Assembly (NCBI GenBank): GCA_964016885.1
Contig: OZ024746.1
Coordinates: 51,088,001 to 51,152,000, forward strand
Source: Eledone cirrhosa
Taxonomy: Eukaryota
Length of the DNA: 64,000 nt
Reading direction: 5' to 3'
The position numbers were made by a program, and so were the translations under genes. Under the pieces are notes generated by a model. It was not told where the DNA came from. It saw only the letters and a program-made list of their open reading frames with translations, and made no database searches. Every line of letters begins with the position of its first letter. Position 1 is the stretch's first letter. This document shows positions 13,351-27,638 of the stretch, in pieces.

Positions 13351-16300
13351 CTACTGTGTAGCGAAACCACAGCCAAGAGAGCGGGCTTGGGTGGATCAAC
13401 GAGATTGCCACTGTCCCTATCTACAGTCTAGCGCAACCACAGCCAAGGGAACGGGCTTGGGTGGATTAACAATATTGCCACTGTCCCTATCTACTGTCTA
13501 GCGAAACCACAGGCAAGAGAACGGACTTGGGTGGATCAACGAGATTGCCACTGTCCCTATCTACTGTCTAGCGAAACCACAGCCAAGGTAACGGAGTTGG
13601 TTGGATCAACGTGATTGCCACTGACCCTATCTACTGTCTAGCCAAACCACAGCCAAGGGAACGGGCTTGGGTGGATCAACGAGATTGACACTGTCCCTAT
13701 CTACTGTCTAGCGCAACCACAGCCAAGGGAACGGAGTTGGTTGGATCAACGTGATTGCCACTGACCCTATCTACTGTCTAGCGCAACCACAGCCAAGGGA
13801 ACGGGCTTGGGTGGATCAACGAGATTGCCACTGTCCCTCTCTACTGTCTAGCGAAACCACAGCAAAGAGAACGAGCTTGGACGGATCAACGAGATTAACA
13901 CAGTCCCTATCTACTGTTTAGCGAAACCACAGCCGAGGGAACGGGCTTGGTTGGATCAACCAGATTGCCACTGTCCCTCTCTACTGTCTAGCGAAACCAC
14001 AGCCAAGAGAACGGGCTTGGACGGATCAACGAGAGTGCCACTGTCCCTATCTACTGTCTAGCGAAACCACAGCCAAGAGAACGGGTTTGGGTGGATCAAC
14101 GAGATTGCCACTGTCCCTCTCTACTGTCTAACGAAACCACAGCCAAGAGAAAAGGCTTGTGTTGATAAACGAGATTGCCACTCTCCCTATCTACTGTCTA
14201 GCGCAACCACAGCCAAGGGAACGAGCTTGGACGGATCAACGAGATTGCCACTGTCCCTATCTACTGTCTAGCGAAACCACACCCCAGGGAACAGGCTTGG
14301 CTGGATCAATGAAATTGCCACTGTCCCTATCTACTGACTAGCGAAACCACAGCCAATTGAACGAACTTGGACGGATCAACGAGATTGCCACTGTCCCTAT
14401 CTATTGTCTAGCGAAACTACAGCCAAGGGAACGAGCTTGGTCGGAATAACGAGATTGCCACTGTCCCTATCTACTGTCTAGCGAAACCACAGCCAAGAGA
14501 ACGGGCTTGGGTGGATCAACGAGATTGCTACTGTCCCTATTTACTGTCTAGCGAAACCACAGCCAAGGGAACGGCTTGGGTGGATAAACGAGATTGCCAC
14601 TGACCCTATCTACTGTGTAGCCAAACCAAAGCCAAAGGAACGGGCTTGGGTGGATCAACGAGATTGCCACTGTCCCTATCTACTGTCTAGCGAAACCACA
14701 GCCAAGGGAACGGAGTTGGTTGGATCAACGTGATTGCCACTGACCCTATCTACTGTCTAGCGCAACCACAGCCAAGGGAACGGGCTTGGGTGGATCAACG
14801 AGATTGCCACTGTCCCTCTCTACTGTCTAGCGAAACCACAGCAAAGAGAACGAGCTTGGACGGATCAACGAGATTAACACAGTCCCTATCTACTGTTTAG
14901 CGAAACCACAGCCGAGGGAACGGGCTTGGTTGGATCAACCAGATTGCCACTGTCCCTCTCTACTGTCTAGCGAAACCACAGCCAAGAGAACGGGCTTGGA
15001 CGGATCAACGAGAGTGCCACTGTCCCTATCTACTGTCTAGCGAAACCACAGCCAAGAGAACGGGTTTGGGTGGATCAACGAGATTGCCACTGTCCCTCTC
15101 TACTGTCTAACGAAACCACAGCCAAGAGAAAAGGCTTGTGTTGATAAACGAGATTGCCACTCTCCCTATCTACTGTCTAGCGCAACCACAGCCAAGGGAA
15201 CGAGCTTGGACGGATCAACGAGATTGCCACTGTCCCTATCTACTGTCTAGCGAAACCACACCCCAGGGAACAGGCTTGGCTGGATCAATGAAATTGCCAC
15301 TGTCCCTATCTACTGACTAGCGAAACCACAGCCAATTGAACGAACTTGGACGGATCAACGAGATTGCCACTGTCCCTATCTATTGTCTAGCGAAACTACA
15401 GCCAAGGGAACGAGCTTGGTCGGAATAACGAGATTGCCACTGTCCCTATCTACTGTCTAGCGAAACCACAGCCAAGAGAACGGGCTTGGGTGGATCAACG
15501 AGATTGCTACTGTCCCTATTTACTGTCTAGCGAAACCACAGCCAAGGGAACGGCTTGGGTGGATAAACGAGATTGCCACTGACCCTATCTACTGTGTAGC
15601 CAAACCAAAGCCAAAGGAACGGGCTTGGGTGGATCAACGAGATTGCCACTGTCCCTATCTACTGTCTAGCGAAACCACAGCCAAGGAAACGGCTTGGGTG
15701 GATAAACGAGATTGCCACTTCCGTATCTACTGTCTAGAGAAACCACAGCCGAGGGAATGAGCTTGGACGGATCAACGAGATTGCCACTGTCCCTATCTAC
15801 AGTCTAGCGCAACCACAGCCAAGGGAACGGGCTTGGGTGGATCAACAATATTGCCACTGTCCCTATCTACTGTCTAGCGAAACCACAGCCAAGGGAACGA
15901 GTTGGTTGGATCAACGCGATTGCCACTGACCCTATCTACTGTCTAGCGAAACCACAGCCAAGGGAACGGACCTGGGAGGTTCAACGAGATTGCCACTGAC
16001 CCTATCTACTGTCTAGCGAAAACACAGCCAAGGGAACGAGCTTGGACGGATCAACGAGATAGCCACTGTCCTTATCTACTTTCTAGCGAAACCACAGTCA
16101 ACGGAACAAGCTTGGGTGGATCAATGAGATTGCCACTGTCGCTATCTACTGTCTAGCGAAACCACAGCCAAGGGAACGGGCCTGGGTGGATCAACGAGAT
16201 TTCAACTGTCCCTATCTTATGTCTAGCGAAACCGCAGCCAACGGAACGAGCTTGGGTGGATCAACGAGATTACCACTGTCCCTATCTATTGTGTAGCGAA

Positions 16301-17132
16301 ACCACAGCAAAGAGAACGAGCTTGGACGGATCAACGAGATTACCACAGTCCCTATCTAATGTTTAGCGAAACCACAGCCGAGGGAACGGGCTTGGTTGGA
16401 TCAACCAGATTGCCACTGTTACTCTCTACTGTCTAGCGAAACCACAGCCAAGAGAACGGGCTTGGACGGATCAACGAGAGTGCCACTGTCTCTATCTACT
16501 CTCTAGCGAAACCACAGCGAAGAGAACGGGTTTGGGTGGATCAACGAGATTGCCACTGTCCCTATTTACTGTCTAGCGAAACCACAGCCAAGGGATCGGC
16601 TTGGGTGGATAAACGAGATTGCCACTGTCCCTATCTACTGTCTAGCCAAACCAAAGCCAAAGGAAACGGCTTGGGTGGATAAACGAGATTGCCACTGTCC
16701 CTATCTACAGTCTAGCGCAACCACAGCCATGGGAACGGGCTTGGTTGGACCAACAATATTGCCACTGTCCCTATCTACTGTCTAGCGAAACCACAGCCAA
16801 GTGAACGAGCTTGGACGGATCAACGAGATTGCCACTGTCCCTCTCTACTGTCTAGCGAAACCACAGCCAAGAGAACGGGCTTGTGTGGATCAACGAGATT
16901 GCCACTGACCCTATCTACTGTCTAGCGATACCACAGCCAAGGGAACGGACCTGGGAGGTTCAACGAGATTGCCACTGACCATATCTACTGTCTAGCGAAA
17001 CCACAGCCAAGGGAACGAGCATGGACGGATCAACGAGATTGCCACTGTCCTTATCTACTTTCTAGCGAAACCACAGCCAACGGAACGAGCTTGGGTGGAT
17101 CAACGAGATTGCCACTGTGCCTATCTACTGAT

Positions 17133-17164
<32 letters not shown>

Positions 17165-17409
17165 CTGGATCAACGAGATTGCCACTGTCGCTATCTACTG
17201 TCTAGCGAAACCACAGCCAAGGGAAAGGCTTGGGTGGATAAACGAGATTGCCACTGTCCCTATCTACTGCCTAGCCAAACCAAAGCCAAAGGAACGGGCT
17301 AGGGTGGATCAACGATATTGCCACCGTCCCTCTCTACTGTCTAGCGAAACCACAGCCAAGGGAACGGACTTGGGTGGATCAACGAGATTGCCACTGACCC
17401 TATATATTG

Positions 17410-17443
<34 letters not shown>

Positions 17444-18389
17444 TTGGATCAACGAGATTGACACTGTCCCTATCTACTGTCTAGCGAAACCACAGCCAAG
17501 GGAACGGACTTTGGGGAATCAACGAGATTGCCATTCTCCCTATCTACTGTCTAGCGAAACCACAGCCAAGAGAACGAGCTTGGACGGATCAACGAGGTTG
17601 CCACTGTCCTTATCTACTGTCTAGCGAAACCACAGCCAACGGAACGAGCTTGTGTGGATCAACGAGATTGCCACTGTGCCTATCTACTGTCTAGCAAAAC
17701 CACAGCCAAGGGAACAGGCTTGGCTGGATCAACGAGATTGCCACTCTCCCTATCTACTGTCTAGCGAAACGACAGCCAAGTGAACGAGCTTGGACGGATC
17801 AACGAGATTGCCACTGTCTCTCTCTACTGTCTAGCGAAACCACAGCCAAGTGAAGGGGCTTGGGTGGATCAACGAGATTGCCACTCTCCCTATCTACTGT
17901 CTAGCGCAACCACAGCCAAGCTAACGGGCTTGGTTGGATCAACGAGATTGCCACCTTCTTTATCTACTGTCTAGCGAAACCACAGGCAAGAGAACGGACT
18001 TGGGTGGATCAACAAGATTGCCACTGTCCCTCTCTACTGTCTAGCGCAACCACAGCCAAGGGAACGGGCTTGGGTGGATCAAAGAGATTGACACTGTCCC
18101 TATCTACTGTCTAGCGAAACCACAGACAAGGGAACGGAGTTGGTTGGATCAACGCGATTGCCACTGACCCTATCTACTGTCTAGCGAAACCACAGCCAAG
18201 GGAACGGACCTGGGAGGTTCAACGCGATTGCCACTGACCCTATCTACTGTCTAGCGAAAACACAGCCAAGGGAACGAGCTTGGACGGATCAACGAGATAG
18301 CCACTGTCCTTATCTACTGTCTAGCGAAACCACAGCCAACGGAACGAGCTTGGGTGGATCAACGAGATTGCCACTGTCGCTATCTACTG

Positions 18390-18423
<34 letters not shown>

Positions 18424-20750
18424 GTGGATCAAAGAGATTTCCACTGTCCCTATCTTATGTCTAGCGAAACCGCAGCCAACGGAACGAGCTTGGGTGGATC
18501 AACGAGATTGTCACTGTCCCTCTCTACTGTCTAGCGAAACCACAGCAAAGAGAACGAGCTTGGACGGATCAACGAGATTACCACAGTCCCTATCTACTGT
18601 TTAGCGAAACCACAGCCGAGGGAACGGGCTTGGTTGGATCAACCAGATTGCCACTGTCCCTCTCTACTGTCTAGCGAAACCACAGCCAAGAGAACGGGCT
18701 TGGACGGATCAACGAGAGTGCCACTGTCCCTATCTACTGTCTAGCGAAACCACAGCCAAGAGAACGGGTTTGGGTGGATCAACGAGATTGCCACTGTCCC
18801 TCTCTACTGTCTAACGAAACCACAGCCCAGAGAAAAGGCTTGTGTTGATAAACGAGATTGCCACTCTCCCTATCTACTGTCTAGCGCAACCACAGCCAAG
18901 GGAACGAGCTTGGACGGATCAACGAGATTGCCACTGTCCCTATCTACTGTCTAGCGAAACCACACCCCAGGGAACAGGCTTGGCTGGATCAACCAGATTG
19001 CCACTGTCCCTCTCTACTGTCTAGCGAAACCACAGCCAAGAGAACGGGCTTGGGTGGATCAACGAGATTGCTACTGTCCCTGTTTACTGTCTAGCGAAAC
19101 CACAGCCAAGGGAACGGCTTGGGTGGATAAACGGGATTGCCACTGACCCTATCTACTGTCAAGCCAAACCAAAGCCAAAGGAACGGGCTTGGGTGGATCA
19201 ACGAGATTGCCACTGTCCCTATCTACTGTCTAGCGAAACCACAGCCAAGGAAACGGCTTGGGTGGATAAACGAGATTGCCACTTCCGTATCTACTGTCTA
19301 GAGAAACCACAGCCGAGGGAATGAGCTTGGACGGATCAACGAGATTGCCACTGTCCCTATCTACTGTGTAGCGAAACCACAGCCAAGAGAGCGGGCTTGG
19401 GTGGATCAACGAGATTGCCACTGTCCCTATCTACAGTCTAGCGCAACCACAGCCAAGGGAACGGGCTTGGGTGGATTAACAATATTGCCACTGTCCCTAT
19501 CTACTGTCTAGCGAAACCACAGGCAAGAGAACGGACTTGGGTGGATCAACGAGATTGCCACTGTCCCTATCTACTGTCTAGCGAAACCACAGCCAAGGTA
19601 ACGGAGTTGGTTGGATCAACGTGATTGCCACTGACCCTATCTACTGTCTAGCCAAACCACAGCCAAGGGAACGGGCTTGGGTGGATCAACGAGATTGACA
19701 CTGTCCCTATCTACTGTCTAGCGCAACCACAGCCAAGGGAACGGAGTTGGTTGGATCAACGTGATTGCCACTGACCCTATCTACTGTCTAGCGCAACCAC
19801 AGCCAAGGGAACGGGCTTGGGTGGATCAACGAGATTGCCACTGTCCCTCTCTACTGTCTAGCGAAACCACAGCAAAGAGAACGAGCTTGGACGGATCAAC
19901 GAGATTAACACAGTCCCTATCTACTGTTTAGCGAAACCACAGCCGAGGGAACGGGCTTGGTTGGATCAACCAGATTGCCACTGTCCCTCTCTACTGTCTA
20001 GCGAAACCACAGCCAAGAGAACGGGCTTGGACGGATCAACGAGAGTGCCACTGTCCCTATCTACTGTCTAGCGAAACCACAGCCAAGAGAACGGGTTTGG
20101 GTGGATCAACGAGATTGCCACTGTCCCTCTCTACTGTCTAACGAAACCACAGCCAAGAGAAAAGGCTTGTGTTGATAAACGAGATTGCCACTCTCCCTAT
20201 CTACTGTCTAGCGCAACCACAGCCAAGGGAACGAGCTTGGACGGATCAACGAGATTGCCACTGTCCCTATCTACTGTCTAGCGAAACCACACCCCAGGGA
20301 ACAGGCTTGGCTGGATCAATGAAATTGCCACTGTCCCTATCTACTGACTAGCGAAACCACAGCCAATTGAACGAACTTGGACGGATCAACGAGATTGCCA
20401 CTGTCCCTATCTATTGTCTAGCGAAACTACAGCCAAGGGAACGAGCTTGGTCGGAATAACGAGATTGCCACTGTCCCTATCTACTGTCTAGCGAAACCAC
20501 AGCCAAGAGAACGGGCTTGGGTGGATCAACGAGATTGCTACTGTCCCTATTTACTGTCTAGCGAAACCACAGCCAAGGGAACGGCTTGGGTGGATAAACG
20601 GGATTGCCACTGACCCTATCTACTGTCTAGCCAAACCAAAGCCAAAGGAACGGGCTTGGGTGGATCAACGAGATTGCCACTGTCCCTATCTACTGTCTAG
20701 CGAAACCACAGCCAAGGAAACGGCTTGGGTGGATAAACGAGATTGCCACT
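8800..20750 (+). repeat. About 6-kb tandem block duplication with whole-monomer indels (offsets 5940, 6150, 6010)
   Basis: Pairs 9198/15138, 11630/17780, 12692/18842, 13220/19230 and 14159/20169. The rare TTCAACTG variant is at 10261 and 16201. Boundaries are approximate. Confidence 0.85.
13720..15680 (+). repeat. 14-monomer higher-order duplication, period 979 bp
   Basis: Identical ORFs at 14159 and 15138; both copies share the GATTAACACAG and TTGGTCGGAATAAC variants. Confidence 0.85.
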
Positions 20751-22163
20751 TCCGTATCTACTGTCTAGAGAAACCACAGCCGAGGGAATGAGCTTGGACG
20801 GATCAACGAGATTGCCACTGTCCCTATCTACAGTCTAGCGCAACCACAGCCAAGGGAACGGGCTTGGGTGGATCAACAATATTGCCACTGTCCCTATCTA
20901 CTGTCTAGCGAAACCACAGCCAAGGGAACGAGTTGGTTGGATCAACGCGATTGCCACTGACCCTATCTACTGTCTAGCGAAACCACAGCCAAGGGAACGG
21001 ACCTGGGAGGTTCAACGAGATTGCCACTGACCCTATCTACTGTCTAGCGAAAACACAGCCAAGGGAACGAGCTTGGACGGATCAACGAGATAGCCACTGT
21101 CCTTATCTACTTTCTAGCGAAACCACAGTCAACGGAACAAGCTTGGGTGGATCAACGAGATTGCCACTGTCGCTATCTACTGTCTAGCGAAACCACAGCC
21201 AAGGGAACGGGCCTGGGTGGATCAACGAGATTTCCACTGTCCCTATCTTATGTCTAGCGAAACCGCAGCCAACGGAACGAGCTTGGGTGGATCAACGAGA
21301 TTACCACTGTCCCTATCTATTGTGTAGCGAAACCACAGCAAAGAGAACGAGCTTGGACGGATCAACGAGATTACCACAGTCCCTATCTAATGTTTAGCGA
21401 AACCACAGCCGAGGGAACGGGCTTGGTTGGATCAACCAGATTGCCACTGTTACTCTCTACTGTCTAGCGAAACCACGGCCAAGAGAACGGGCTTGGACGG
21501 ATCAACGAGAGTGCCACTGTCTCTATCTACTGTCTAGCGAAACCACAGCGAAGAGAACGGGTTTGGGTGGATCAACGAGATTGCCACTGTCCCTATTTAC
21601 TGTCTAGCGAAACCACAGCCAAGGGATCGGCTTGGGTGGATAAACGAGATTGCCACTGTCCCTATCTACTGTCTAGCCAAACCAAAGCCAAAGGAAACGG
21701 CTTGGGTGGATAAACGAGATTGCCACTGTCCCTATCTACAGTCTAGCGCAACCACAGCCATGGGAACGGGCTTGGTTGGACCAACAATATTGCCACTGTC
21801 CCTATCTACTGTCTAGCGAAACCACAACCAAGTGAACGAGCTTGGACGGATCAACGAGATTGCCACTGTCCCTCTCTACTGTCTAGCGAAACCACAGCCA
21901 AGAGAACGGGCTTGTGTGGATCAACGAGATTGCCACTGACCCTATCTACTGTCTAGCGATACCACAGCCAAGGGAACGGACCTGGGAGGTTCAACGAGAT
22001 TGCCACTGACCATATCTACTGTCTAGCGAAACCACAGCCAAGGGAACGAGCATGGACGGATCAACGAGATTGCCACTGTCCTTATCTACTTTCTAGCGAA
22101 ACCACAGCCAACGGAACGAGCTTGGGTGGATCAACGAGATTGCCACTGTGCCTATCTACTGAT

Positions 22164-22195
<32 letters not shown>

Positions 22196-22440
22196 CTGGA
22201 TCAACGAGATTGCCACTGTCGCTATCTACTGTCTAGCGAAACCACAGCCAAGGGAAAGGCTTGGGTGGATAAACGAGATTGCCACTGTCCCTATCTACTG
22301 CCTAGCCAAACCAAAGCCAAAATAACGGGCTAGGGTGGATCAACGATATTGCCACCGTCCCTCTCTACTGTCTAGCGAAACCACAGCCAAGGGAACGGAC
22401 TTGGGTGGATCAACGAGATTGCCACTGACCCTATATATTG

Positions 22441-22474
<34 letters not shown>

Positions 22475-23209
22475 TTGGATCAACGAGATTGAAACTGTCC
22501 CTATCTACTGTCTAGCGAAACCACAGCCAAGGGAACGGACTTTGGGGAATCAACGAGATTGCCATTCTCACTATCTACTGTCTAGCGAAACCACAGCCAA
22601 GAGAACGAGCTTGGACGGATCAACGAGGTTGCCACTGTCCTTATCTACTGTCTAGCGAAACCACAGCCAACGGAACGAGCTTGTGTGGATCAACGAGATT
22701 GCCACTGTGCCTATCTACTGTCTAGCAAAACCACAGCCAAGGAAACGGCTTGGGTGGATAAACGAGATTGCCACCTTCTTTATCTACTGTCTAGCGAAAC
22801 CACAGGCAAGAGAACGGACTTGGGTGGATCAACAAGATTGCCACTGTCCCTCTCTACTGTCTAGCGCAACCACAGCCAAGGGAACGGGCTTGGGTGGATC
22901 AAAGAGATTGACACTGTCCCTATCTACTGTCTAGCGAAACCACAGACAAGGGAACGGAGTTGGTTGGATCAACGCGATTGCCACTGACCCTATCTACTGT
23001 CTAGCGAAACCACAGCCAAGGGAACGGACCTGGGAGGTTCAACGCGATTGCCACTGACCCTATCTACTGTCTAGCGAAAACACAGCCAAGGGAACGAGCT
23101 TGGACGGATCAACGAGATAGCCACTGTCCTTATCTACTGTCTAGCGAAACCACAGCCAACGGAACGAGCTTGGGTGGATCAACGAGATTGCCACTGTCGC
23201 TATCTACTG

Positions 23210-23243
<34 letters not shown>

Positions 23244-23369
23244 GTGGATCAAAGAGATTTCCACTGTCCCTATCTTATGTCTAGCGAAACCGCAGCCAAC
23301 GGAACGAGCTTGGGTGGATCAACGAGATTGCCACTGTCCCTCTCTACTGTCTAGCGAAACCACAGCAAA

Positions 23370-25450
23370 GAGAACGGGTTTGGGTGGATCAACGAGATTG
23401 CCACTGTCCCTCTATACTGTCTAACGAAACCACAGCCAAGAGAAAAGGCTTGTGTTGATAAACGAGATTGCCACTCTCCCTATCTACTGTCTAGCGCAAC
23501 CACAGCCAAGGGAACGAGCTTGGACGGATCAACGAGATTGCCACTGTCCCTATCTACTGTCTAGCGAAACCACACCCCAGGGAACAGGCTTGGCTGGATC
23601 AATGAAATTGCCACTGTCCCTATCTACTGACTAGCGAAACCACAGCCAATTGAACGAACTTGGACGGATCAACGAGATTGCCACTGTCATGATCTATTGT
23701 CTAGCGAAACTACAGCCAAGGGAACGAGCTTGGACGGAATAACGAGATTGCCACTGTCCCTATCTACTGTCTAGCGAAACCACAGCCAAGAGAACGGGCT
23801 TGGGTGGATCAACGAGATTGCTACTGTCCCTATTTACTGTCTAGCGAAACCACAGCCAAGGGAACGGCTTGGGTGGATAAACGGGATTGCCACTGACCCT
23901 ATCTACTGTCTAGCCAAACCAAAGCCAAAGGAACGGGCTTGGGTGGATCAACGAGATTGCCACTGTCCCTATCTACTGTCTAGCGAAACCACAGCCAAGG
24001 AAACGGCTTGGGTGGATAAACGAGATTGCCACTTCCGTATCTACTGTCTAGAGAAACCACAGCCGAGGGAATGAGCTTGGACGGATCAACGAGATTGCCA
24101 CTGTCCCTATCTACTGTGTAGCGAAACCACAGCCAAGAGAGCGGGCTTGGGTGGATCAACGAGATTGCCACTGTCCCTATCTACAGTCTAGCGCAACCAC
24201 AGCCAAGGGAACGGGCTTGGGTGGATCAACAATATTGCCACTGTCCCTATCTACTGTCTAGCGAAACCGCAGCCAACGGAACGAGCTTGGGTGGATCAAC
24301 GAGATTGTCACTGTCCCTCTCTACTGTCTAGCGAAACCACAGCAAAGAGAACGAGCTTGGACGGATCAACGAGATTAACACAGTCCCTATCTACTGTTTA
24401 GCGAAACCACAGCCGAGGGAACGGGCTTGGTTGGATCAACCAGATTGCCACTGTCCCTCTCTACTGTCTAGCGAAACCACAGCCAAGAGAACGGGCTTGG
24501 ACGGATCAACGAGAGTGCCACTGTCCCTATCTACTGTCTAGCGAAACCACAGCCAAGAGAACGGGTTTGGGTGGATCAACGAGATTGCCACTGTCCCTCT
24601 CTACTGTCTAACGAAACCACAGCCCAGAGAAAAGGCTTGTGTTGATAAACGAGATTGCCACTCTCCCTATCTACTGTCTAGCGCAACCACAGCCAAGGGA
24701 ACGAGCTTGGACGGATCAACGAGATTGCCACTGTCCCTATCTACTGTCTAGCGAAACCACACCCCAGGGAACAGGCTTGGCTGGATCAATGAAATTGCCA
24801 CTGTCCCTATCTACTGACTAGCGAAACCACAGCCAATTGAACGAACTTGGACGGATCAACGAGATTGCCACTGTCCCTATCTATTGTCTAGCGAAACTAC
24901 AGCCAAGGGAACGAGCTTGGACGGAATAACGAGATTGCCACTGTCCCTATCTACTGTCTAGCGAAACCACAGCCAAGAGAACGGGCTTGGGTGGATCAAC
25001 GAGATTGCTACTGTCCCTGTTTACTGTCTAGCGAAACCACAGCCAAGGGAACGGCTTGGGTGGATAAACGGGATTGCCACTGACCCTATCTACTGTCTAG
25101 CCAAACCAAAGCCAAAGGAACGGGCTTGGGTGGATCAACGAGATTGCCACTGTCCCTATCTACTGTCTAGCGAAACCACAGCCAAGGAAACGGCTTGGGT
25201 GGATAAACGAGATTGCCACTTCCGTATCTACTGTCTAGAGAAACCACAGCCGAGGGAATGAGCTTGGACGGATCAACGAGATTGCCACTGTCCCTATCTA
25301 CTGTGTAGCGAAACCACAGCCAAGAGAGCGGGCTTGGGTGGATCAACGAGATTGCCACTGTCCCTATCTACAGTCTAGCGCAACCACAGCCAAGGGAACG
25401 GGCTTGGGTGGATTAACAATATTGCCACTGTCCCTATCTACTGTCTAGCG
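23370..25450 (+). repeat. 17-monomer higher-order duplication, period 1187 bp
   Basis: ORF pairs 23452/24639 and 23980/25167; TTCCGTAT marker at 24033 and 25220. Confidence 0.85.
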
Positions 25451-27606
25451 AAACCACAGGCAAGAGAACGGACTTGGGTGGATCAACGAGATTGCCACTG
25501 TCCCTATCTACTGTCTAGCGAAACCACAGCCAAGGTAACGGAGTTGGTTGGATCAACGTGATTGCCACTGACCCTATCTACTGTCTAGCCAAACCACAGC
25601 CAAGGGAACGGGCTTGGGTGGATCAACGAGATTGACACTGTCCCTATCTACTGTCTAGCGCAACCACAGCCAAGGGAACGGAGTTGGTTGGATCAACGTG
25701 ATTGCCACTGTCTCTATCTACTGTCTAGGGCAACCACAGCCAAGGGAACGGGCTTGGGTGGATCAACGAGATTGCCACTGACCCTATCTACTGTCTAGCG
25801 AACCACAGCCAAGGGAATTGACCTGGGAGGTTCAACGAGATTGCCACTATCGCTCTCTACTGTCTAGCGAAACCACAGCCAAGGGAACGAGCTTGGACGG
25901 ATCAACGAGATTGCCACTGTTCTTATCAAATTTCTAGCGAAACCACAGCCAACGGAACGAATTGGGTGGATCAACGAGATTGCCACTGTGCCTATCTACT
26001 GACTAGAGAAACCATAGCCAACGGAACGAATTGGGTGGATCAACGAGATTGCCACTGTCCCTCTCTACTGTCTAGCGAAACCACAGCCAAGAGAACGGGC
26101 TTGGGTGGATCAACGAGATTGCCACTGTCCCTATCTACTGTCTAGCGCAGCCACAGGCAAGAGAACGGGCTTGGGTGGATCAACGAGATTGCCACACTCC
26201 ATATCAACTGTCTAGCGAAACCACAGGCAAGGGAACGGGCTTGGGTGGATCAACGAGATTGCCACTGTCCCTCTCCACTGTCTAGTGAAACGAAGGCCAA
26301 GAGAACGGGCTTGGGTGGATCAACGAGATTGCCACTGTCCATATCTACTGTCTAGCGCAACCACAGCCAAGAGAACGCGCTTGGGTGGATCAACGAGATT
26401 GCTACTGACCCTATCTTCTGTCTAGCGCAACCACAGCCAAGGGAACCGGCTTGGGCGGATCAACGAGATTGACACTGTCCATATCTACTGTCTAGCGAAA
26501 CCACAGCCAAGGGAACGGAATTGGTTGGACCAACGAGATTGCCACTGAACCTATCTACTGTCTAGCGAAACCACAGCCGAGGAAACGAGCTTGGACGGAT
26601 CAACGAGATTGCCACTGTCCCTCTCTACTGTCTAGCGAAACCACAGCCAAGCGAACGGGCTTGGGTGGATCAACGAGATTGCCACCGTCCCTATCTACTG
26701 TCTAGCGAAACCACAGGCAAGAGAACGGACTTGGGTGGATCAACGAGATTGCCACTGTCCCTCTCTACTGTCTAGCGAAACCACAGCCAAGAAAACGGGC
26801 TTGGGTGGATCAACGAGATTGCCGCTGTCTCTATCTACTGTCTAGCGCAACCACAGCCAAGGGAACGGGCTTGGGTGGATCAACGAGATTGACACTCCCT
26901 ATCTACTGTCTAGCGAAACCACAGCCAAGGGAACGGAGTTGGTTGGATAAACGCGATAGCCACTGACCCTATCTACTGTCTAGCGAACCACAGACAAGGG
27001 AATGGACCTGGGAGGTTCAACGAGATTGCCACTGTCCCTCTCTACTGTCTAGCGAAACCACAGCCAAGGGAACGAACTTGGACGGATCAACGAGATTGCC
27101 ACTGTTTTTATCTACTTTCCAGCAAAACCACAGCCAACGGAACGAATTGGGTGGATCAACGAGATTACCACTGTGCCTATCTACTGACTAGAGAAACCAT
27201 AGCCAAGGGAACGGGCTTGGCTGGATCAACGAGATTGCCACTGTCGCTATCTACTGTCTAGCGAAACCACAGCCAAGTGAACGGGCTTGGGTGGATTAAA
27301 GTGATTGCCTTTCTCCCTATCTACTGTCTATCGAAACCACAGCCGAGGGAGTGAGCTTGGACGGATCAACGAGATTGCCAGTGTCCCTATCTACTGTCTA
27401 GCGAAACCACAGACAAGATAACGGGCTTGGGTGGATCAACGAGATTGCCACTGTCGCTATCTACTGTCTAGCGCAACCACAGCCAAAGGAACGGGCCTGG
27501 GTGGATTAACGAGATTGCCATTCTCCCTATCTACTGTCTAGCGAAACCACAGCCGAGGGAGTGAGCTTGGACGGAGCAACGAGATTGCCAATTTCCCTAT
27601 CTACTG

Positions 27607-27638
<32 letters not shown>
